A stretch of DNA of 64,000 nt from positions 5,689-69,688 of IMG/VR virus record IMGVR_UViG_3300042562_001145; one strand, 5' to 3'. Origin of the DNA: a virus. Shown here in pieces: positions 11,301 to 20,425 of this stretch (positions are counted from its first letter, which is position 1; every line of letters begins with the position of its first letter). A program made the translations under genes and the position numbers. The notes below the pieces were generated by a model, which made no database searches, was not told the origin of the DNA, and saw only the letters and a program-made list of their open reading frames with translations.

Positions 11301-11766
11301 TGTAGTCTTCACCTATGTAATCTACATTCTCATAAGGTTTGCCAGTAAATATCTCATTTGCTGAACCTACCCTTTTTCCTATTGATTGTTTTTTAGCCCA
11401 CTCTGCCGGTCTTTCATACTTATTCATGAATATGTTTGTGGCCTCTGTTGGTGTTTTTGCGGATTGTAAATTTGAAAACGTATCTTTATACTCGGGTTGT
11501 TGTAATTCGTGGAGTATATAATCAAGTTGTACGTTTAAATTATTGTAGCTTTTTCCTTGATTTTTTGCGAAGTTTATTAGATTGTCTTTTCTTTCACTAT
11601 GCCATTGAGCTATCCCTACAGAACCTTTATCATCTGCGGTGCCTACTATACTTGTATCTAAACCCGATTCTGCTACAAGGTTTCCTATAATACCTGCTGC
11701 TGCAACTGGTGTTACTCCTTTATTTATTAGATAGTTGTATGCATATTTGCCTTTATCGTTTGCCAT
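8350..11766 (-). CDS. Multidomain virion-associated peptidoglycan hydrolase (phage tail lysozyme + PG-binding + CHAP-like + lysozyme/SLT-like)
   Basis: N-terminal AAAGIIGNLVAESG...GIAQW (Phage_lysozyme2 type). VKNLQRSLVQKGY...IDGKLGNATKKAM (PG_binding_1 type). QCSEYM...GNAWE...AGDVV...HTGLI (CHAP/NlpC Cys-His). ILGQETGYG...YNS...Y..KV (lysozyme-like). Confidence 0.75.
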   Translation of the reverse strand: MANDKGKYAYNYLINKGVTPVAAAGIIGNLVAESGLDTSIVGTADDKGSVGIAQWHSERKDNLINFAKNQGKSYNNLNVQLDYILHELQQPEYKDTFSNLQSAKTPTEATNIFMNKYERPAEWAKKQSIGKRVGSANEIFTGKPYENVDYIGEDYNNMGAGYEGLSREQQAALLGEVSQYRGLKDSTKTKEDQEADTAKASIAKKQQEQAFMEEMKQRTEQAPQREQPQQAPQFDGSAYRLDQQQMPTIQYAQLPETTFLNGGSILSEQSPNNTRKITPRYPDGGQKGIPRVSRDNIPNLSSKKIILNQRPQKSDFQEDIMKSMGVTEFQETVQNTARKSGVKGPHNGGLDALRHSASAAKVASQFPMGTGMIAANVMGALHEIEPGSVWKETKSDLYNNFIGSAVGSIPFINDKTRQEILLEAQKRGILSDLSQKRKYENGGEIEGRRFNPKKKQRSRLGYFAEGGMTEPEAYESTEAAQEIDPTKKLPIDYRERPEGVVRENIENPNLKKIPGLKEDSRAVPTIEQLMQLRPDLKKEQGIYFGTGEDTTYVSPGGQLEEVVVKSWKRPDNIEKFKRSSLPQEYSEQPNATVKDIIPGRAQLNMPVTKNEEDRLRKEILRSSAVQSKISAADTKSRDLEIGKLKKDIDGRSMLEDAIENKEISLDLSKYKTKEDVKNLQRSLVQKGYNLNPEGKFENNGIDGKLGNATKKAMTQYNQHNSDSGYASIKEGLGELGNCTETQCSEYMQNELYRNVQPDVAREEWTKKTGLHGNAWEIGKNIVDSGGAKIKSKEVKAGDVVTMFTGGLSDYQKQANAAGTGTTHTGLIDKVNPDGSYYVLHNVHDKNYVTGNYTGVEYRDLVKDGQIVSGGMKRGFAVRGIFRPDYKEINLGEKKVVRDDLKIKINPNKEKLLDGENYKSITSTAKEKLQNSFIKPLNDPKNKKVFSKSFNLGDDEYQSLAKATLGILGQETGYGTSAYYTTGVKPAIATIANALGLKSDEVSKGAGRLKYETNFGEDDLTEIGVTKSNFNDEDKASLTTMHKLATDYKRFLKKGYNKKDAIYRAITVYNSSLGHVSNGKKISDWAKDYDVDYTNKVLNYGSIFDVTDDKKSYKTATDELLTQPNVFKWRKDLEKQKKI

Positions 11767-11774
11767 AGTTATAT

Positions 11775-11808
11775 AAAAAATTAAGCCCCTAATTTGTAGT
11801 TTAGGGGC
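11775..11808 (-). terminator. Probable intrinsic terminator overlapping the next promoter
   Basis: Inverted repeat gcccctaa (11785-11792)/ttaggggc (11801-11808) followed by a U-tract on the minus strand. Confidence 0.6.
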
Positions 11809-11848
11809 AAAAGTAGTAAAAATTATTAAGACTACAAAATTAGTTAAA
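11808..11848 (-). promoter_or_regulatory. Bacteroidota-type promoter for the PG hydrolase gene
   Basis: TTTG (11835-11838), 19-nt spacer, TACTTTTG (11808-11815). Confidence 0.7.
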
Positions 11849-11850
11849 TT

Positions 11851-12789
11851 TTATGCCCTTTGTGATTCGTTTAATGTAAATTTGAGAGTTAGGCTAAATC
11901 TACTATCTTTATCATAAGACAATCTATTTAAGAACCAATCTCCTTCCATTTTTTTCAATGGATTTATTCCAGTAAACCTAATTATTGCAGGGTTAGTATA
12001 TTTGCTTATTTGATTCTTGTCTTGTAAGATACTTGGGGTATTTGCCGTATTATATTTTACCCTATTAAATATGTAGTCATAAGTAAACTGGAAGTTGTCC
12101 TTATTTGTTATCATTATATCTTGAGTATTGTTCGCATTTGTTTTTGGGAACTTATTTACATTAGCTAGATTACCGTCTTGTACAACTAAGTTAAGGTCTC
12201 CAGAGCATCCTACATTATTATATATCATGGATTTATTAAACGTCAGTGTTGGTGTTACTGCAAAATCATATTCGTTTGCATACCTCTTGGCTTCTGTCCA
12301 CAATTTAACTCCTTTTAGCTTCTTGGTGCCGTACTCTTCCTTAATTGGGTATTCTATTGTGAATACTTGTTTTTTACCGTAGAAGACCTGATAAGACTTA
12401 TTAGTAAGTAAGTGTGACCATAGTCCTAACTCATCTGGATCAGCTGAATTATTTCTACCTGTTTGGAAGTAATTATTGTGATTGATGTAGTAGTTAGGGT
12501 AATAGCCATAAAAACTCATCCAGGTACCTGTTGCTGTTGAAAAAGCGATAGTCCATGATACATCTTCAAAGTGGGTTATGTCTGCAACACTAATATCTTC
12601 ATAAACTGTCTCTATTATTAGAGGTTTTATATCTGTACAATCGCACTCTGCGTTACCGTCTGGTAGTGTTACTAGTGTGCATCCTGTAGGGCATCTTACA
12701 TCTGTTAAAACAGTGGGGCAGGAGCACATTACTGCTCCGTTATCCCCTGTATATTTTGTACAATCTGTGCTTTGGCAAGTACAATTCAT
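11851..12789 (-). CDS. C-terminal part of crAss-like tail stabilization/muzzle protein, with Cys-rich N-terminus
   Basis: FEDVSWTIAFS...WMSFYGYYPNYYI is recognised as the C-terminal beta-rich segment of crAss-like stabilization proteins. It directly follows the 2537-aa ORF. Confidence 0.6.
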   Translation of the reverse strand: MNCTCQSTDCTKYTGDNGAVMCSCPTVLTDVRCPTGCTLVTLPDGNAECDCTDIKPLIIETVYEDISVADITHFEDVSWTIAFSTATGTWMSFYGYYPNYYINHNNYFQTGRNNSADPDELGLWSHLLTNKSYQVFYGKKQVFTIEYPIKEEYGTKKLKGVKLWTEAKRYANEYDFAVTPTLTFNKSMIYNNVGCSGDLNLVVQDGNLANVNKFPKTNANNTQDIMITNKDNFQFTYDYIFNRVKYNTANTPSILQDKNQISKYTNPAIIRFTGINPLKKMEGDWFLNRLSYDKDSRFSLTLKFTLNESQRA

Positions 12790-12800
12790 TTCTTATTTTT

Positions 12801-15800
12801 TTATGTTACTATTCTTGAAAAGCTTGGTGGTATTTTACTAATCTCTGAATTTACTGGTATAGCTAAATCCGGTTGGAAACTTGTTGTTCCTGCTATTGTA
12901 GGTGTTCCTAATGCTGTTAGTACAACTGTATTAGATCCAAGTGTTGTAAAATTACCTATAGCTCTAAATGTTACTCCATTTGCGTAAGCTATAAAATCAT
13001 AAGATCCTATATTTGTACCTGATCCTAAACTTGTTACATTAACTGTAGCAGTCTGGGTTACTGGTGTTGCTATAGGAACTCCTACTGCTAAGGTACCTGT
13101 TCCTGCACCCCAAGTTATACTATTTATAATACTTTTACCCCCTGTTGTTTCACTTAATATCTCAGGTGTTGCACTTGGATTACATGGATCTACTACTAAT
13201 ATCTTATTTCCAATAACCCCTTTGTATACAGAAATCCCATTTACAAAAAACTGTAATCCTGATACTGAGCTATGTTGATCATAGTATAAAGGTTCTGGAA
13301 AGCCTGCTACTGGTACTGTATTGGTACCTCTCAGTCTAATTTTCAATGTGTCTACTCCAGAAGGTAATCCTTCAACTATAGATGCTATTTCATTTAGTTC
13401 GTACTCTACTATACTCTGTCTACTCGATCCTGAATAAGTCTCTGGATAACCAGGTTGGCCGATAGTTGGACTGGTCATTACTTCAGTTCCATTTTCTTGT
13501 TGTGGTAAAATGCTGCCTGGACTATTGTTTAGGTTAACTATACCTACTGATAAACCATTTGTCATAAATTCATATCTTGCTCTAGAGCAACCATGACCAG
13601 AAGTAGAACTGGCACTATCATATAGTAAATTTACAACAGTTTCTGAGCTAAGTATATTGCTAGATATAGTAGTATAGTTACTTAAACTAGGAGTAGTTGA
13701 TGATAATGTACCTGTTAAGTTCGTAAAAGTAACAACTATTGGTGTGGCACTATATTTTGTAAAAAATAAGTATTCTTCAGATTTTTGTAATACTAGACCT
13801 AAAGTTGTAAATGCAGCAGAATGTGCTGTATAAAAATCTGAAACTGTTTGTGTTAATCCTGAACTATTGTAAACCACTGAGTAACTGTTACCTTCTACTA
13901 TAAAATTGCCTGTCCCTGATGTTCCAGTCAGTCTTACCGTAGCTTTTGAGGTAGATGTCCTATATTCTTCCAAACCATCGTAAAATACTTTTGCTGTAAG
14001 TGTTGCAAGACAAGCTGTAACTGTTGCTCCTACATTTACTGTGTACTCAAGAGTATTTGTACACCCATTCGGTGCGGTTGCTACTATGTGGTATACTGCT
14101 GCCCCTGCTACCGATGCAGTTAATGTATTAACTATTGTTGTCCCTGAACCTGCTGTTGCTCCTGTCATCGTGCTTGGTGCTGTAACAGTCCATGCAAAAG
14201 TTGTTCCGGCTACTCCACTGCTAAGTACTATGCTTGTTGATTCTCCACTTTCTATTGTTTGTGGTGTGTTTGGTGTTGCTATTATATCTGGTATTACGTT
14301 AACTGTAACTAGTACTTGTTTTGACTGGCCTACGCATCCACCTGATTCATAAGGTGTTATTGTATACAAAGCTGTCCCTCCTGTTGTTGTGTTTAGTGTT
14401 TGAGCTATAGTGCTTCCTGATCCAGAGCTGGCTCCTGTTACTCCTGTTTGTGCTACTATCCATTGATATGTTACTCCAGGTATGGTGCTTGTAAGAGCTA
14501 TAGATGTAGTTCCTCCATTACATAAAGTTTGTGGTGTTGCTATAACATCTGCCGCACACAAACAATCTGCTGGGTAGTCTGTTATTTTTGTACAAGTAAA
14601 ATCTTCTGCATTATATACATGATACGGAGGACATAATTTTTCTGTAGTATAACCAAATACACACTTTTCTAATTCTTCATCATACACATACCCATCTGAA
14701 CAAGATACTGGGCTACAAGATGGAGCTACCGTTTTTAATATCTCGTCTACATATTTCTCACAAAGACTTGTAGTTTGGTTATATGAGAATCCTGAAGGGC
14801 AATTAGTTGTAGTTTCCTCATCACAACATTGTGATTTATTATACACAAATCCTCTTCCTTCTATAAACTGTACACAAGGTTTTGGTAAGTAATCTTTTTT
14901 AGTCAAAAGAACTCTTCTGTGTCTACTATCCCAACCCATTGTTAATCCTACTCCATTATATGGATTGTCTGTATCTACATTAGGTAAAGTTTTCAGTATT
15001 TTAAATGGTAAGTGTTCTTTAAACCAGTTTCTCATTCCACTAGCTTTGCTTCCAGCAGATGTAGATATTTCTTGTATAGCTCCACTATTTGGTGCTAACA
15101 TTAATACTTGTCCTCTTTTTGCATCTGCCCAAAAATGACCTGCTTCACAAGATACTTGAGCAAAGTTTTGAGTTCCCCCATATCCTAACTTAGAGTTTAC
15201 AAAAGATGTACTTAGTCTTTGAAAGAATGTTTTTCCACCTAGTGTTGCTGCAGTTATTTCTGCCCCTACGTCTATCTTACTATCTACTTTATTATACAAT
15301 ACTGATGTATCTGTAAATCTGGTTAGTATAGCTTGGCTTTCTACATCTATAATATCTCTAAGCTTTCCATAATTTGTTGGGAACTCAAAAGTATCTAGAG
15401 GTCTATAGATTAGCCAAGGGTCTGATAGCCCTGTTTCATTACTGTCAGGTAAACTGGCTATAATACCATTTGGTTTATCTTGAGCTTTCTCTGCAAATAC
15501 TTTTTTATAAGTGTCTGGTAAAGTTCTGTATCTAAGTTCTGGAAATGTTCTTTTTGAGTATGTACTGTTGTATTTATATACATTAGGTTCACGTATGGAA
15601 ACTACATTCTCTTGTGTCCATTCTCCTAGATCTCCTACTAAAGGATAAAAGCTATCTTTTTGAGATTTACCTGCGTATCTATATGATGTGTTTATCCTTG
15701 TTTCTGTTAAGAAACTAGGTACTCCATAGTAATACAAGTAGAACTTTGAAGGTGGTGTAAAATAATTACCTCCTCTAGTTAGAGTATCCATTTGATAATC

Positions 15801-18800
15801 ACTTCTAATCTCTGGAAAAGTTTTACCTCCTGATGAGAACTCTTTATTCTCTTCATAACTGACATAGAATTTAGGTCTTCTACCTATATTATTATAAAAA
15901 TAATAGTTATAAGGTGTCATATTGGCCTGCTTCATGGCTGTAACTAAGAATAGAGATACTTTTCTTTTTAGTGTGTGTCTTGTAATAAATGTGTCTCCTC
16001 CAAATATAGATAGGCAGCTGTCTTGTGGATTTTTTAAATCCCCTCTATAACCTGTACTTAACCATTTTACTGAGCCTATTGTTCCATATTGCGAGGGGTT
16101 ATAATTTTTTAACGCTGCATAAGGTGATGCTATATTTCTGATTATCTCGCTGCTTCTTCCTGAGGTTTTTATATTATTTTCTCCTAGATAGGTTAAGCTG
16201 GAATCATTTGTATTTTTGTCATAGTTTGTGTAGGTAGGTGGGTATGTTATCGGATTATCCCCAAATGATAAAAATACTGAGTATTCTCTATCAATATTAT
16301 TTACGTTTAGTTTCTCTCCCGTAACTTCATTTGTTACTATATACCTTCCATCTTTCATGTACTTCGCTATGTTCAAGGCTCTTAATTTATTACCTTCGTC
16401 TAGCCACTTACCTGAATTACCTAAGGATGCTTGATTTACATAGTTATAAAAGCCATCTGAGAAATAGTAGTATGCGAAGTTATGAGGTGTTCCAAGATCT
16501 CTGAATATTTTTAACCATTGGTATCTATATCTTCCATATTTATAAACTATAGCAGTTGCTGTTTCTAATATTATTGCTGCAGCTGATGCCACTGTTGCTA
16601 TAATTCCACCTGCTGGGTTTTGGTTAGATCCTCCTCCAGTAGTTGTTCCTGCGAATGCTATCCAGCCAAAAGAGTAACTTCCAGACCCTGTAGCTGCTAT
16701 TTCTGCTATTTTTATTACTGCCTCTGCGGTAACTTCTAATCCGGCTAGTATATCTGCTAATGTATATGCACTATCTGATAATATTACCCATTTTGGATGA
16801 TCTTTTACTTGGTCTGCATAACCCCTAGAGTTACCAAACATATAGCTTTGTATGCTTATCTCTGAAGGAAGTCCTACTTTTGAGAACTCTGTTTCCGGAG
16901 AATGAAAAGTGTAATTTCTGTTAGACAATCCAAAAGTTGCCCCTTTTCCTAAATCTTCTCTATCTGTATCTGTTTCAATTCCATCTTCAAAAGGTCTATT
17001 TAGTTTATCTATAGAGTATGTATTGTATGGGTAATTTGAGTATAGTACATCTTTATCTACGTTTGGGTCTTCTCTGTATTTTCTCATATCATACAGTAAT
17101 CCTGATGCTACTACACTTCTATCTAGCGTTGTGTCTCCTGAAAAAATTTCGTAACTTGTTATCTTGCTTCTGTCTTCTACAGATATTAAGTTGTTATCAA
17201 CTGCTACATCTAAGAAAGTATTTATTATATTCTCATCAATAGTTACCCCAATAGGGAATATTACTGTTTGTCCAAATCTTGCCTGTTGTATGTCGTATAC
17301 AAAAGGTGCTATGTTATTATCTGGAAACTTAAAATGTCTAATTTTTCTACACGTGAAATCTGCTACTTTTTTTGTAGTTCCTTCCCAAGACTCTTCTTTA
17401 AAAGTATAGTTACTGTTTACAACACCATTTGTAAATACTTCTAAGAATTCATTTTTTACTGTTATGGGTAGAGTATTTATTCTACTCTCACTTATTTTTA
17501 GTTTTGTCGAGTCATATAGTTCTGTATTGTCTGGATAACTTTCTGTGCTTTCCCAATATGCAAACTTTCCTTTTTTAAATGGATATGCTTTACAAGATTG
17601 TGCTATAGGTTGTTCAAAACTACAAATTGCTTTATAGGTACATACTTTCTTTAACTCTATTCCGGTCCAAGATATGTCTATTCTGTCGTACTCTATATCT
17701 CTTTTAGTTACTGTATAACATCCATCTGTTGGTGTATTTACAAATACTGTTTTTGGTGAAACTTGAAATGGGTTTGGGTCTATATCTATATTTCTTTGTT
17801 TGATTGGTGTATCAATTGCTATATAATACTCTTCATTGGCAAACCAAGATGTTGGAGGTGTTGTGGTATGTACTACTCCTAAGACATCTGTTATTTGTAT
17901 ATTACCAGCTACTTTTTTAAAATGGTATGAGGCTCCTTTTGTTAAGTCTACTATCTGAGAAAATACTGCTGTTGATGATGTGCATTTCTTGAATACTGAA
18001 ATTCTAACTGAGGTTCCATTTGATATGTTTACCTCATCATCTCCGTCTGCATCTCTTTGTTTAGAGATGTCTACTATAAATTCGTCTTTGCTATCAGTGA
18101 TACCTTTAAACCAGAGTACATTTTTATGTAGTTTGGTATTATATCCTAATGGTAAATTGGGTACTGTATCTTGTGTACCTAATAGTGGAACTAAGGTGTC
18201 ACTGATATAATAATTATTAAAATTTCCTACTGCGGTATTTTGTAGTGGTTTGTTGTTTGTTGTTATCTCTTTTGGATAATCACAATCTTCGTTTTGAAAA
18301 TCTGAATCTCTTCTATATACTTTTAGTGAGTCTCCACTTAATGTGTAACCTAAAGGATTAGTACTGTCTACTAAAGGAGACCCAGTTGCAGTATCTAATC
18401 TATATATTGTACAACTACTTGGTGCTACAACTCTATTATATTGAGTAGGGAATACTTTAGGTATCTTTTCTACTTTTTCTCCTAAGACTTTACTTACTTC
18501 TACTGAACATTCTATCACTGGGTTATCATAGTTCAACCCTTCCATTACATCGCTTTCTACGCATGTTAATGATGGGTATGTATCTTGTAGGTAAACACAA
18601 AGGTTTGTATTATTTGTTGTGCCTAGTAATACATCTGGATTTCCTCCTGATAAACATTGATCAATATTATCTTCTATGTAGTTTTCAGTTGTTGAGAATG
18701 AGTCTGTTAATGCAATAGATAAGGTGTCTGCTGGGATTGGTTGAGGAATAGGTAATTCACATATCCTAGTTATTTCTTCAAATACAGTTTTTGTATCTAT

Positions 18801-20414
18801 TGCGGTATTTCCTCCTATAGCACAAGGCTCTTGATCTTCTATTGCTGTATTATAATACTGCCATCTATAGATTCTGTCCGTAGATCCGCAAGATGTCTTA
18901 TTGCTCAAAATGGATCCTATATCTTTATTGTCTGGATCTTTTGGTAAACCATTAGCTACTACCTCTTCAAAATCGTATACATTGTCTGGATTATCTGGAT
19001 CTTTTGGTGTTGGTGTTCTTCCTATAAATGGAAAAAGTGGAGTTTCAAATCCCCCATCTAGTAAGAACCTAATACTAAATGGTACTACTTCCTCTCTATT
19101 CCACCCTTTGAATTGAGATCCTAAGATTCCATCTTCATATAAATCTTCTTTTGCTATAACTGTTTGCCATTTTAAAAACTGGCCCATAAAGTTTACAACA
19201 GGTTGTAGATTTATTTCTTTTTTAATAGTTAAACCATACTGAAACAATATATTGTTAGCAGCTGTTAGTCCTTCTGTTCTTTCTATGTGTATGTTATCCC
19301 TTATTATGTCTAATGCGGTAGTTGGTATTTTATTTTGATGAGTCGTATATAAAACTACATTATCATGTACTGTATGTAATCCCTCTTCAAAGTACCTTTC
19401 GGCTCCCTCTACATCTGCTGTTTGAATAACTGCTACTTTGTAGTGTGTGTATCTTTTATCAAGATTTGATACCTGTAGTTTAATAGCATAGTTTGTTAAA
19501 TCTGCTATTTCTTTTTGTTCAAGTATTTTATTATTTTGGTCAAATATAGATATTGGTTGAGTGCTTGAGTAATAGGGAGAGATAACTTGTCCAGATGCAT
19601 CTGCGTATGCAATTAAGAACTCGTATGATCCCATAGGTAATCTACCTCCAAGTTCTACAGAACTGGCCTCTATTCTTGGTATTTGAAAAAGTTTAAATAC
19701 TCTTAGCTCATTGAAATCTATACATGTTGTAACTAAATCATCTAAGCATGCTACGTTTTGTATATAGTACTCTGCAATGTTTGTAATATCAATATGTCTT
19801 GGTGGATTGTAGTTATCAGTAAAGTAGATATTTTTACCTGTTTTTTCATTTTTGATAACTGTCTTTTTTATAGGGTGATTGACATTAAAATTAAACCCTA
19901 ACTTTTTATCTTTATATGTTTGGCTAGTGTAATGATAGCAAGTATTCGTATCCGCATCTAATGCGTAGTCATCTGATAAAAGTGTCACGTACTCTTGTAA
20001 TGGCACTAGTGGTTGAATCTTATAAAAATCTTCAAGAGGCATTGCTAATTCTCTAATTGAGTCACACTCTGAGTTACACTGTAGTGTTAAGTCTTGCAAG
20101 TCTGATACATTTTGGTTATTTTCTATATAGCCAAATTCTCCGACTCCTGTGGTTGGATTTACTAAAAAGAAAAAAGTATCATTTGATAAAATATCATTTT
20201 GAAAACCTATAACAACAAATCCCGGCTTGAATTTGGAAGCCAGGATATTTGATTTTTCATTTGTTAGGTTTAGGCTATTGCCGCCTTCAGTTTCAATATT
20301 AGCATTGAACGCATGTGTATACTGAGTTTCGTCTAGTTGAGATGGGTGAGTATCCTTCACCATACCAACTCTAGCTAACGATATATTTACTTTGTTGTTT
20401 TGGTCTTCTGCCAT
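12801..20414 (-). CDS. Tail stabilization/muzzle protein (crAss-like, P22 gp10-related) with C-terminal Cys-rich and PKD/Ig-like extension
   Basis: N-terminal GMVKDTHPSQL..YTHAFNAN, IYFTDNYNPPR, F.SPET, FGGDTFI, FWADAKRGQV, GWDSRHRRVLLTKKDY. C-terminal Thr/Ser-rich PKD-like repeats (YQWIV...GASSGSGSTIAQTL; FAWTV...GATAGSGTTIVNTL). Confidence 0.7.
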   Translation of the reverse strand: MAEDQNNKVNISLARVGMVKDTHPSQLDETQYTHAFNANIETEGGNSLNLTNEKSNILASKFKPGFVVIGFQNDILSNDTFFFLVNPTTGVGEFGYIENNQNVSDLQDLTLQCNSECDSIRELAMPLEDFYKIQPLVPLQEYVTLLSDDYALDADTNTCYHYTSQTYKDKKLGFNFNVNHPIKKTVIKNEKTGKNIYFTDNYNPPRHIDITNIAEYYIQNVACLDDLVTTCIDFNELRVFKLFQIPRIEASSVELGGRLPMGSYEFLIAYADASGQVISPYYSSTQPISIFDQNNKILEQKEIADLTNYAIKLQVSNLDKRYTHYKVAVIQTADVEGAERYFEEGLHTVHDNVVLYTTHQNKIPTTALDIIRDNIHIERTEGLTAANNILFQYGLTIKKEINLQPVVNFMGQFLKWQTVIAKEDLYEDGILGSQFKGWNREEVVPFSIRFLLDGGFETPLFPFIGRTPTPKDPDNPDNVYDFEEVVANGLPKDPDNKDIGSILSNKTSCGSTDRIYRWQYYNTAIEDQEPCAIGGNTAIDTKTVFEEITRICELPIPQPIPADTLSIALTDSFSTTENYIEDNIDQCLSGGNPDVLLGTTNNTNLCVYLQDTYPSLTCVESDVMEGLNYDNPVIECSVEVSKVLGEKVEKIPKVFPTQYNRVVAPSSCTIYRLDTATGSPLVDSTNPLGYTLSGDSLKVYRRDSDFQNEDCDYPKEITTNNKPLQNTAVGNFNNYYISDTLVPLLGTQDTVPNLPLGYNTKLHKNVLWFKGITDSKDEFIVDISKQRDADGDDEVNISNGTSVRISVFKKCTSSTAVFSQIVDLTKGASYHFKKVAGNIQITDVLGVVHTTTPPTSWFANEEYYIAIDTPIKQRNIDIDPNPFQVSPKTVFVNTPTDGCYTVTKRDIEYDRIDISWTGIELKKVCTYKAICSFEQPIAQSCKAYPFKKGKFAYWESTESYPDNTELYDSTKLKISESRINTLPITVKNEFLEVFTNGVVNSNYTFKEESWEGTTKKVADFTCRKIRHFKFPDNNIAPFVYDIQQARFGQTVIFPIGVTIDENIINTFLDVAVDNNLISVEDRSKITSYEIFSGDTTLDRSVVASGLLYDMRKYREDPNVDKDVLYSNYPYNTYSIDKLNRPFEDGIETDTDREDLGKGATFGLSNRNYTFHSPETEFSKVGLPSEISIQSYMFGNSRGYADQVKDHPKWVILSDSAYTLADILAGLEVTAEAVIKIAEIAATGSGSYSFGWIAFAGTTTGGGSNQNPAGGIIATVASAAAIILETATAIVYKYGRYRYQWLKIFRDLGTPHNFAYYYFSDGFYNYVNQASLGNSGKWLDEGNKLRALNIAKYMKDGRYIVTNEVTGEKLNVNNIDREYSVFLSFGDNPITYPPTYTNYDKNTNDSSLTYLGENNIKTSGRSSEIIRNIASPYAALKNYNPSQYGTIGSVKWLSTGYRGDLKNPQDSCLSIFGGDTFITRHTLKRKVSLFLVTAMKQANMTPYNYYFYNNIGRRPKFYVSYEENKEFSSGGKTFPEIRSDYQMDTLTRGGNYFTPPSKFYLYYYGVPSFLTETRINTSYRYAGKSQKDSFYPLVGDLGEWTQENVVSIREPNVYKYNSTYSKRTFPELRYRTLPDTYKKVFAEKAQDKPNGIIASLPDSNETGLSDPWLIYRPLDTFEFPTNYGKLRDIIDVESQAILTRFTDTSVLYNKVDSKIDVGAEITAATLGGKTFFQRLSTSFVNSKLGYGGTQNFAQVSCEAGHFWADAKRGQVLMLAPNSGAIQEISTSAGSKASGMRNWFKEHLPFKILKTLPNVDTDNPYNGVGLTMGWDSRHRRVLLTKKDYLPKPCVQFIEGRGFVYNKSQCCDEETTTNCPSGFSYNQTTSLCEKYVDEILKTVAPSCSPVSCSDGYVYDEELEKCVFGYTTEKLCPPYHVYNAEDFTCTKITDYPADCLCAADVIATPQTLCNGGTTSIALTSTIPGVTYQWIVAQTGVTGASSGSGSTIAQTLNTTTGGTALYTITPYESGGCVGQSKQVLVTVNVIPDIIATPNTPQTIESGESTSIVLSSGVAGTTFAWTVTAPSTMTGATAGSGTTIVNTLTASVAGAAVYHIVATAPNGCTNTLEYTVNVGATVTACLATLTAKVFYDGLEEYRTSTSKATVRLTGTSGTGNFIVEGNSYSVVYNSSGLTQTVSDFYTAHSAAFTTLGLVLQKSEEYLFFTKYSATPIVVTFTNLTGTLSSTTPSLSNYTTISSNILSSETVVNLLYDSASSTSGHGCSRARYEFMTNGLSVGIVNLNNSPGSILPQQENGTEVMTSPTIGQPGYPETYSGSSRQSIVEYELNEIASIVEGLPSGVDTLKIRLRGTNTVPVAGFPEPLYYDQHSSVSGLQFFVNGISVYKGVIGNKILVVDPCNPSATPEILSETTGGKSIINSITWGAGTGTLAVGVPIATPVTQTATVNVTSLGSGTNIGSYDFIAYANGVTFRAIGNFTTLGSNTVVLTALGTPTIAGTTSFQPDLAIPVNSEISKIPPSFSRIVT

Positions 20415-20425
20415 TAGTTTTTTTA

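Noticed and set aside
529-11766. Virion RNA polymerase among the large cargo ORFs
   Set aside because: No DxDxD catalytic motif in a recognisable context was seen; if present, the gene likely lies beyond the left edge
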